Positions 45,201-57,200 of a stretch of DNA of 64,000 nt are shown piece after piece. The notes under the pieces were generated by a model. The model was not told the origin of the DNA and ran no database searches. It saw only the letters and a list, made by a program, of their open reading frames with translations. Within the stretch, counting starts at the first letter, position 1, and every line of letters starts with the position of its first letter. Both the position numbers and the translations under genes were made by a program. The DNA comes from an uncultured Clostridia bacterium (GTDB lineage Bacteria; Bacillota; Clostridia; Christensenellales; UBA1242), in assembly GCA_944384425.1 (NCBI GenBank), contig CALWTI010000001.1:9-64008 (forward strand), written 5' to 3'.

Positions 45201-48200
45201 AAATTTATTGATTGAATCTCTAAATTGAGCAAAAGGGTTTTGTCATCTAATAATGAATATTTTTCGCTAATACTTTCTGCTCTATCTTCATTGTCTGCCT
45301 TCACATATTCTTTTTTAGTATCTATGTATGAGTTGCCATCTGCTGATATTTGCGATGTCGATACTTTTTCAATTAAGAATTTAAAATCACCAGACTTTAA
45401 TACGAAATTGTCACCTCTTAAACTCATTGGAATTTCAGCGCCATCTTTTATTGCCTTTTGATAAATATCGCTTGTTATGTTGTATTCATACGCACATACG
45501 AATTGTATTGATGCATCTGTCACAATGTCACTAATCCGTGAATTGTCGAACCTATAACCTTTTATTTCAAACTTATATATGCTTTCTTCAATATTATGAA
45601 CATCATCATCATAATAAGCATCTTTGTAAACATTGCCATTTGATATAACAATATATATATCTTTTTTATAATTATATACTGTATATTGTTCACCATTCAC
45701 ATATGCATTTGACATTTTGGTATCTACTTGAGTTTGGTATTCATACATATCGATTTTTGCGTATGATACTTCTCCCGTTGAGTTTTTGGCTATTTTCCCT
45801 ACAACTTGTGCAGAATTTATAAGCAAATCATCGCTTGGTTTTAACATTTGACTATTTTCGTCAACTGCATAGCTTGGTTTTGCCATTGCAAGAACAGAAG
45901 TTTGCACATTTGATGTACCTAACCACTCATAACCACTGCCTCTATTACCAATAAAGTTATCGGCATATGCATACTCTGAGTATTCTGTGCCATTTACACC
46001 TGAAGTTATGATTAACTTATGTGCTGTACTTCCAATATTTAAAGTTGTTTGAGTTGATATTGGCAAGTATGTGTTTTGATTTGAATATCCTATAACACCA
46101 CCAGCATAAGTGCTTGTTCCGCTTATTCCAGCAGTTGCTTCAATAGAGTCAAGGTCAATTGATATTTCACTTAACTTAATTGCGTCTTTCGTATCAGAAT
46201 TATCAAAATATCCAACAAGTCCACCTGCATAAACTGAATCTGAATAGGTGTTTTCAACATCAATTTTGCCAGTTATGTCAAGTTCTGCATTTTCTCCTAA
46301 AATTGTTGAGTTTTCCATATATCCAATTGCGCCACCAACTGTCGTGTTTGCCGATGTTGACACAATTCCATCATCAAACAAGTTTATCGAAACAATGCCA
46401 TCTAATGATATGCTAGTTTCATTAGCATAGCCAACAAGTCCACCAATCCCTGTTTGTGCTGTTTGACTTGCGTTGCCTGTACCTGTTAAGTCTGTTGAAA
46501 GCTCGACTTTGCTATTTTGAATTATTACATTACCATTTTCAATTTTGCCGATGAATCCGCCGATATTTTGTTTCCTGATACTGGTCTTTTGACCTTGGTC
46601 ATAGTCACGAATGTGCAATGAAACATCAGTGTTTGTTATTGTGATTTCACCACCATCAACAACTGTACCAATAAGTCCACCCATTGATTTATCTAATAAA
46701 GCAATTGATTCTTGCTGAGTGTGATATGACAAATTAATGTCAGAGATTGTTACATTTTTGCCATAACTCACTAGACCAATCGATTTTGATTGTTCAGTAT
46801 CTGCAACCAAAAATTCGGTAATCTCTGCTTGTTCGTAATTTGATGATGTGATTGTTCCACTAAAAGGATGTCTCTCGTCAACGCCAAATCCACTCACCGA
46901 TGAGCCAAAACTTATGCTGTTCCCTACGAAGTCTAATGCAATTGTAATCTGCCCTGTTTCTTTAATTGCATAAACAAGGCTAGCAAATTTTTCGCTGTCA
47001 TTTAAAGTGTCAAAATCACTAGAAGCAATCGCTTCACTACTTGTATATTTTAAAATATTATTGACAAATTTTACTGTTCCCCTGTAGTCTTCCAAACTTT
47101 TTACTTCTATTGTTGCCTCTGCATCCTCTTCACTGCCAGATGCCGATGTATTGTTATTAAACAACTGTTCATAAGATGTGCTAGCATATTCAGGAGAATT
47201 ATTTATAACGATATTTCCGTCTATATACTCCCAACCACCATCCCATGCCACATCACTTGACCAGGCATTTGGTTGGTTTCCTGTTCCAACAGTTGAGATT
47301 GAATCAATTACGCTTTGTGGAGTTTTAAATAAATACTTGTAATCGCTATCTTTCATTGAAATGTCATTCAATGAATACAAATTTCGACTTCCAAAACTAT
47401 CAGTAACATCATTTGTATCGTTTGGTTGATAGAAAACATCTTTTTTCCATGCGACATTACTGCCTGTATCTCCGTCGTTTTCTGCCTCTTTGCCAATTGG
47501 ATGGAAATACACGTTATAAACATACAAGTCCTCTCTATTGTTGCCATCAAAATTTTCATGGGTGTTATAAATATAATTATTATAAACACCTAAGCCCATC
47601 CATTGTTCGCCATCACGCAATTTAGATATATACTCTTTAATAATGGATTTATTTTGTGGATTGAGCTTTGGGTTGCCTAATGTGAAATCCAAGCCTTCAA
47701 CTGTTTCTGATTTAAAAATGAAAGTTCCTGGTGCAATTACAAAAGACTTTATTATTGATAACAAGTCAAAATTTTCCCACATATCCATAACTCCTCTGTG
47801 AATATCAGGGTAATAATCTGACATCAATTGTGCATCAAACCCACTGCCTTCTGCATAATAAGCATCTACATCAACATTGACAAAAATCGACGCTACCAGT
47901 ACGGCCACATAAGGATAAAAATTATAATGAAACATGCTCGTTAGCCATGCATAAAGTGCACCCAAAAGGGCATACGACATGTAGGCTAGAGGCTCTGAAT
48001 CAACATCATAATATGCAAGTACTTTCCTCGCTTCTATTCCACCATATACATTTTCACAGTTATTTGATACTCTATTTATATAATTGTAATTATTGGCTAT
48101 TCCAGCAGCATATGCATGTTGCGATACTTTCGTGTAAACTAATTTATCATAATGGTTAAATAAATTATCATCGATACTGCTTGTATAAACATTGTACGAT

Positions 48201-51200
48201 TTTATCGCATTCTCCGATTCCCAATCTGTTATATCGTCATCGTTTTCATATGAATCAGATAAACTATCATAATTATATTTCGCATTAGCCACTATATTTG
48301 ACGCATTGTTATAACAATCTTCTATGCGTCCACCAAATCCGCTTATTCCCCCAACATAGCAAGTTGATATATTGTATGGATTTCCAGCATATATTTCTGC
48401 TTTTGATAGAAGTGCAGAATTAATAATGTCCGACTTAGTCGTTGATACTTCTTCACCATTAAGACTTCCCACATATCCTACTATTCCGCCAACATACAAT
48501 GTTATATTTTTATCGCAGTGCTGTGTGTTAAATGAGTCATTTGCATACACTATATCAGACAAAACATACATTGAGTTTGATAGATAGGCATTTGAAACAG
48601 TACCATCTTCCAAAAGTCCAACAACTCCGCCTACAACTATTGTTTCATCAACAGTTGGCTTGTTTCTAAACGATATAATAAGTTCCTTACCAACGTCACA
48701 GTTTGTAACAGTTGCACCATTGGTTACATGACCAACAATACCACCATAAACAAATTTATTAAAGTCAACTATATTCAACGCAACCGAATCATTGTCGTTT
48801 GTTATATCTGGCGAAGTTGCACTACATTCAGAGAGCTTCGATCCCTCTCCAAGCTGACCAACGATATTGCCATAGTAATATGTTTCCCCATTTTCCGACT
48901 GCACAAACTGGTAAATCTCTGGGTTTACACCAGTCACTTTAATATTTGTTATTACAGATGATTTTGCTATATTAGCAATTAAACCAACTATATAATTTTT
49001 ATTTTGTATTGTTGGAGACAAATTATCAATAACCAAATTTTTAAATATACAGTTTGTAGTTACATTAAATATTCCGCCCCCAGTCACATTTAAATTAGAT
49101 ATTGAATGTGTATATCCTTCAAGGGTATCATAACCATCCAAAACAATATTTTGGATATCTTCTAATGAACTCCACTTTAAAGTTGATTGTGAAACATAAC
49201 TACCATTTATGTCATTGATTAAATTAAAATATGTTTGCGTAGCTGGTGAAGTTTCTGATGGAGTGTCAGAAGATTTAGGCAATGTGTCCAATTGTCCAAG
49301 TTTGCCAAGATTTGGTATTTGGAATGGATTATCCAAAGTTCCTTTTCCTGTTTCATGATGCATATAATCAATATCTTGATATGCACCACCACTGAACGAA
49401 CCATAACCATATGCATACTCTTTGTCATAACTAAACGTTCCGATTTTCGTTGTTGGCATTGTTCCTGTGTAATTCACACTTAAAGCATTTGTTAAAGAGC
49501 CAGTTCCAGCCCCTTGTATGTAAAATTCAGCGGCGACTGAATCATAGTAACAATTTATAACAGTTTCAGATTCTGAATCATAAGCGTAAATACTATAATT
49601 ATTTTTCATATTACTCCCGCTTATTTCTTTATCTACGCCAAACACTACTCTCATGTTTGTATAACTATCATACACAGTGCCAGCAGAAACAAGGTAGACA
49701 TAAAGGTTTGAACCTTCAGATTTCACTGCATTTTCAGCATCAATGTTACCACTTGAATAGCTGTTAACAATCACTCCATCGTTTGTTCCCACTAATCCTG
49801 CGGCTGCGACATCTTGTTTTTGCGACTCGTTATCAGGATGACCAACATAGGTGTTGTCATTACTACCTGCATAAGTCGTGGTAATATTTAAACTTACAAA
49901 ACTATCTTTTATAAGTCCTGTGTTTATTCCCACAAGCCCTGCAATAGGAGCTTTCCCTGCATCAATTATTCCAACAAGTTTTTGTGGATTCGTGCTTGTT
50001 GATTCAATAGTGCTTATTGTTGTATCCAAACTGCTATTTATTTCGTTACTTCTGCTTACATTACATGAATATATTATTCCATTATTGCTATATGTTAGCC
50101 CAGCAACCGGTATTTCATTTGAACTATTAACTCCAGACGAATTTTTTGAATCAATGACAAAGTTTGCAACCACCACCACGCCTGACACACTGCTGTTTTT
50201 ATCTATCGATGAAATTGGTGAAATTGATGAAATTGATTTTGCATCTTTAGGTATATTGTTGTTTGAAAATGTCAAATATGCACCATCGCCAATCACCACT
50301 GTGTTAACTAGGTCTCCAATTTTATTTACTCCACCAGTTGTGTCGTCAGACAATCTTGTGTACCAAGTTTCGTTGTTGTTAATACTTGGTCTATTAAAAG
50401 AATTTGAAGGGTTTAATTTTGTTCCGCCTGTTTCGCCTCTATAAAGAATTTGAATATATTCGTTATTTTCTTCATTGTTTTCATCAAAACCTATGACAGA
50501 TTTTATGCCACCGTTAAGGTTATCAAGAATATTGCCATAAGCAACATTTGTACCAAGGCTATCCGTGCAAAGAGTTGCAACGTGAGCATAATAATTAGTT
50601 GAAGTGTCTGCTGCGTTTGAAACCTTGCCAGAGCCGACAAGTGCGTTTGCTATGTATGAATCGTTTACTAACGCTCTATCATATCTATTAAACAATGTTG
50701 CAATTGACGTGTTGTTTTCAATGTATGCCGTAGTACCTTCACTACTAACCACGCCAATAATTCCACCATATGTGAGATTATTGAGTACTTTTGAAATAGA
50801 TTTTGTATTTGGCGTGCTTTTATCTCCACTTTCTTCATATGATGGATAGAAATTGCCAGCACTTATGTTTTGTTCAAGTATTACATTTTGACCATTAACC
50901 ACACCAGCAATTCCTGACAAAACCAAAGAAACCTTACTATAATCTGAACTATTGACAATTTCTTGATTATTGTTTTCTTCTACAATGTGTTTAAAATCTC
51001 CAAAAGAGAAGCAAGAACCCAGTGTAGATTCTCCATCAACATTGCCAGCAATTCCACCTGCATAAACAGAATAAGAATTTGTTCCATTTGTTGCTCTTAA
51101 AATTATATCACCATAACTTTCTGCCCCGTATAAAGAGCCGTCCATTTTGCCAACAATTCCACCAATGTATGCGTAGCGTCCACTTCCACTTAATGTGACA

Positions 51201-54200
51201 TCAATAAGAGACTGCATTGAGTGCTTGTTGCCATTATTTAAACTTGCATTTTCCAAACTGCCAAACAAGCTACCAACGCTATTTCCATAATCTTCCCTTA
51301 AAAGGCTTAAGCTCGTAACATTTATTCCGAAAACATCATCATCTTTTGTTGAATTGTTTACAACAATTTTTGCGTCCTCGCTTAAAGATGTGGTTTTGCC
51401 ATATCCCAAAATTCCACCTATGTTTGAATTTTGAGAAGAGATATCAATCAAAACGTCAATATCTATCTTGTCCAAAGTCACATTTTGAGAATAGCCTATA
51501 ATTCCACCAATATATGAATTAACAAATTTTACGCCACTTTCTGCCGACAAATCTACTTTTAGTCCCATGGAAGAAATAACGGCGTTGTCAGCACTTCCAA
51601 ATAGCATACCCATATTCAATCCATACACTGTTGAGTCTTTTGACTGTGACTTAAACTGTATGGTTGAATCAGAAATTCCAAATTCGCTTTCACTATCTTG
51701 TGAACCGTTAATTGAAATTGTTGACTGAGAATTCGATGCAAAACGACCACCAACTAGTCCAACGGAGAATGAATTTACATCGCTATTTTTTATGTCGTTA
51801 AAAATTATAGCACAATTTTGTATGTTAATTGAAGATACTCCACCACCACTTGTAAATTGTGAATCTCCAAATACAAGACCAACATAGAGTGAACTTTGCA
51901 ATGTATTTGATGCACCCGCAGAAGCCTCATATGTTATTTGACTTGAGGTGATTGAGATATTTCTAAATGTTGTTATTCCTCGTGCCATACTTGTAACAAG
52001 ACCAAAGCGAGAAGTTAATGTACTTATTTTGGCATTCACATTTACAAAACTAAGATCAGTGAATGTTGTGTTTGATGCGTTTGTGACAAGTATTGCATTT
52101 TGACTAATGTTAGCACTTTCAAAAGATGCACCCTCTTCAAATGATATCGTGAAATTGCTAAATGTTGCATTAGCAGTATTTAAGAAAATTGATTTTGTTT
52201 GAGTAACTCCTCTGAATACAAAACCATATTCATATCTGTTGTCAAGACCTCTCAAAGTACCAGAGAATGATGTAATTGGTTCTATTGGCTCTGTTATCCC
52301 AATATAGTGTGCTGAACTAGTTATGACATTGTTTACATCATTAAGGTCTGGATCAATAACAAATACGTCATCTTCACCAGCTGTACGCAATCTTTCAATA
52401 TCACTTTGAGTTCTAATGTATTGAATGTTGCTTGCATATCCAAATAAGATATGTGGGAACAATTCATTTTCATCTCTGTCCCAAGAATTTATATCCCATT
52501 TATTGCCAGTAAAGAATACCGAATAATTAGCCCCATCATCGCCAAAGCCTGTTATTGTGCTTGCGAATGAAGGTAGTTCACTGCCACCATTTTCATCATC
52601 AATATATTTTGTATCAGAAATAGCAATATTTGTATCGCCATTTTTAAAGACGATGTTATCTTTATTAAATGATACTACATAAGTGTATGTAAGGTCTATG
52701 TTATTGACATCTTCAACCTTGCTATCAACTTGAATAACGGCATTTGCCTGCCCCTCAGACTCATCTGCAAGCCAATTGCCCCAATAGTTTATTGCGTTGA
52801 CCTTGTCAAGACTCATACTTGCACGTGCAAGTCCGACAATTCCTGATGCATATCTTGACTGAACATCGCCTGACGCATAAACTTCAACAATGTTTGTTTC
52901 AACATATGTGTCAGGATTTGATGACATCTCACTTAGACCGACTATTCCACCTGCATAAACACCACCACTTAGTGAATTTTGAGTGTTTGTGTTAATAACG
53001 TTTAACTTTGAATAAGACTTTTCAATCTTTCCGCTAACTTGCAAGCCAACAAGACCACCTATCGCTATTGGAGTGTAACCCTGTGTCATAAATAGCGTGG
53101 TGTTTCCTCTATCTACGCTGTAATCACCTTGATAATAATTTTTTATATTTGCTTCAATGCTGTCATCACCAGCGTCGTTTGGATCGTCATCGCCTATCTG
53201 CCAAGTTTTTTCGTGTTCACTTCTAACTTGACGAATATATCCTGCGTTATATCCAACGATACCGCCTGCAAAACCATTGTAAGAATATATACCTTGTTTT
53301 GTGTAGTCAGTTGAATCAACATAACTTAGCTCATACAAAGCATCTTGAAGAACTGTTAATGGCCCTACATATCCAGTGACGCCACCAACTGTTCCTCCTG
53401 ATATTATGCTTGTTCCAAGTGTTTTAAGCATAACGGCGTTGCCATCAGACGAAACTTCTGACTCTGCATAAGTGGTTACATTGATTGAGCCTTCACCATA
53501 CGCATCTATGATACCAACAACTCCGCCAGCATATGAAATGTAAGCGTTTAATATGTCACTTGTTCTATTATAAGTATTATATGATATATAACTATTTGAA
53601 ACATAGTTAGTTGGATTCATACTTGCAGTAACACTGACGCTTTCCACACTTAAATTAAAGATGTAAGAATCGCCAATAACTCTACCAACAAGTCCACCAA
53701 CAACATTTCTACCTCTGACTGTGACGCTGTTTGTGTCTGGGAATGCCGAAGTGAGTGAAACATTAGTAATTGTTGAATTTTCAACCGTTCCGCTGAGTGC
53801 ACCTACATACTCGACACCTGATGCTTCAACACCGAATACATCTCCACTTGCATTTGTTGAACCCAAAACCAAATTGACATTTTGAACAATCGCACCATCG
53901 GTCACACTTGCGAACATACCAAAATTGATAGCGTTGCCTTCTGGGTCAGAAAGTGCAAGTCCTGAGATTGTCAAGCCGTTTCCATCAAATTTACCTATGG
54001 AGCCTTGATTTCCTTCATCTTTGTATTTTCCAGTTAAGGTCATACTTGATGAAGCAAGGGTATATGTATTATTTGAATCGGTAACAAGTTCACTTAAATC
54101 AATATCCTTTATCAATCTATATGAACCGAATATCTCGCCAGTTGTGGTATTGACATATCTTGATGCGCTTGTGTTATTTGTCCCACTAAATACACTAGCA

Positions 54201-57200
54201 AATTCTTCTGCCGACCTTATGAGTATTGGGTTATTTTTTGAGCCATATCTGAATTCATCAACATATGTGAACATTGGCTTTGCTGATGTGCTTATATTTT
54301 TTACATATCTTAATGAAACAGCAATTTGATTTGCACTTACAAGCTCTGGTCCAGCACTAGTCATCATCCAAATACCATCGTCAAAGTCTAGGTTTGAAAG
54401 ATGTGCAAAACTAAAACCGTAAAGATAACTTTCATTTTTTACATTTGAAATGTATTTTGCTCCCTCGCCATATGCCGATTCAATAAGGATAGACGAATCT
54501 GAAAGTGAAACTTCATCATAATAATATGAGTTTGTTATTTCACCCAAATTTTGATAGTTGCCATAGTCATCAACACCTGCAAAATTCATTTGCGTTGTTG
54601 TTGAACCAACAATTCTTGAAAGAGATAAACTTGTTTCAATAACACCAGTATTTGTATTTCTGTACACAAAACCTGCACTGTTTCTTCCTGGATTATTGTT
54701 TTGATTTGTTAGTGTTATATTTGAATAGCTGTTGTTAATTTCTCCTGAGTTTTCGTATACAAATCCTGCACTTATGCCAGAAGTTTCTATTCCGTAAAGT
54801 GTTGCATGGACATCGGCATCGTCTTCTTTAACTCCTTTTGCATAGCTTGCACTAATAAGTCCAGCATTTTCAATAGCAAAACCCGCCGTCACTGTGGTGT
54901 AATCAATATTGCTATTGTTGATTATACGCATATTTGATGCATATGAACTAACTATATGTCCTGAACTTGAATTGTTACTTACAAAACCTGCAATTTCTCC
55001 AAATGATGAAATGACAAAAGGTGAAAGAACATGTGTTTTTGGAGTAACTGCACCAGTATTTTGTATTTGTCCATTAACTATCTGAATATCGTAGATATAT
55101 TCAACAGCACTTTCACCACCAACACGACTGTTTGTGATTATTCCATTGTTTGTCACAACAAATCCCGCCGTTATTGCAGAAACGCCGATTGTTGAATCAA
55201 TTTCTACACTAAGTCCCGAAACTGCTGGGGCAATTTCATTTGTAAGAGCTCTGAAACTTACAACTTCACAATTTGTTATTATACCATTGTTTGTTATTGC
55301 AATTGGTGCAATGTTTACCGTCTTTGTGTATGCAGAATTTAATGAGATTGTGTTCAAATGGAATACATTGACTCTTAAATTTTTAAGGGTTGTATTTGCT
55401 GATACAGTATTAAACAAAGCAAGGTTAATTTGAGATTGTGTATTGTCATAGTTAAAGCTCATTATGACAATTTGATAGCCATTACCATCAAGACTGCGTA
55501 TTTTTGAAGTATCACTTGCTGGGGTGTATTCGTAAAGGTATATATCCTGAGTCAAAATATAGTCATCTTCGTTCTCGGCGTTTAAAGCCTTTGTGAAATC
55601 TTCGGCACTTGAAATTTGTGCTGGAGAATCTTCGCTTGTTGGGTCAGATATCACAATTGAGAAGAAGTATGTGTATGTGTAAATTGTCAAATCTGGCATT
55701 TGAACACGCATTTGAAGCATCATATTTTGTGTGCCATTTTGTGTTCCGATGAATCTAACGTCGCCGTTCACATCTTCAATAAAATTGACAATTGTGCCAC
55801 TTGGCGATGAAATATTTCCCGCACTGTTCATTACTGGAGTGTAGGTCTTTCCATTTACGTAATAAAGATTATATAACAGTGAGCTATGTTGAGCCCCACC
55901 AATATTTACAATATAATCGTCGTTTGCATAGTAGTTTTGTGCAACAAAGGTGTTATAAGCTTCTTCGCTTGCTCCGCCTTCAACATATCTCCCACCGAAG
56001 TTGAATTCAAGTGTATGGTAGAAATATTGGTCGCCAATCGCTACATCACTTCCATCTTCATTTGCTATATGTGTGTTTTCGAAATCAAGTTCAAAATCAA
56101 TGACGTACACAATCAAATATGAATATACAGTTTCTTTGACACCATTTATTGTTCTTGATGTGTCAACTCTTACTCTGAAATTGCCAGCGTCTTCGCCAAC
56201 AGTTATGTCGATTGATGCTCGATAATAGCTTGTTCCATATTCTTCGCGGTCAGCATCACTTATGTTTGATGGCAAATATACATCATTGGCAACTATTGTA
56301 TCTACACTGCTATCTGCATTTGGGTCTGTGCTTGAACGCAAAGCAAAAGCAGTTATTGACTCTATGTTTTGAGTCATATCCCAAATTATATCAGCAGTTA
56401 TTGTCTCCCCGCGTATTGCATAAATTGAAGATTCGCCATTGACGGTTATACCTGCTTTTTCCTGAGGAACTATAATTAGTGAGTATGGCAATGAATATAC
56501 AACTTCATCATTATTATAAACATTTACATATATTGTATAAACAGTGTCAACCGCAACGCCTTCTGGCACTTTCACTCTGACAAAATATCTTGCGACTTCG
56601 CTCTCGGCATCAACTTTGTAAATTTGAATACCGTTTGTTATGTATTCAAATGTGCTTGCAAGATTGACGCTATAACCCTGGCCATTCTTTTTCATGTTGA
56701 GGAAACTGAGCTCATAGCCGTTTTGTGGTTCGCTTGTCACTGTTATGTGTGTGTATTTTGAGTATGAAGGATAAAGCATTATATCCAAAAGTCCAATTGA
56801 GTTTGGTGACAAAACATTATTTGGATAATAATCGAATAGAGAAACTCCTGATATTGCACCAGAACCCCTATACGCATAATGATTAACATCGACACGAAGA
56901 ACTTCTTGTTCAAGCACGGTCAAATCAAGCGTTGCTGTTATATCATAATATTCACTTGGACCATCTGCCTTGAAAACTACTGTATAATTATTGTCGAAAG
57001 TTGAAAGACTTGTATTTAATCTTATTGATACTTGGTATGTTCTTATTGTCGTTGCGTTATTTTTAATTTCGCCAATAAGATTGATGTCATATAATATATC
57101 ATCTGTTGTTAATTCTTCGCCGTCACCATTCAATATCTCTATCACAAGTTCAGAATTTATTGTTTCGAGATATTTTGTATCAGAAGTTATCTCAACATTT

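Noticed and set aside
49878-50444. 188-aa plus-strand ORF inside giant C, plus many other 60-120-aa plus-strand ORFs inside the giants (e.g. 38108-38461, 16567-16881, 12008-12295, 54021-54329, 55134-55433)
   Set aside because: They lie antisense to overwhelmingly supported giant frames, have no RBS and give Pro/Leu/Ser/Phe-rich nonsense translations, as expected from the complement of G-G-x-x-G and N/S/T-rich codons. The same applies to same-strand alternative-frame ORFs such as 47368-47589 and 50668-50862.
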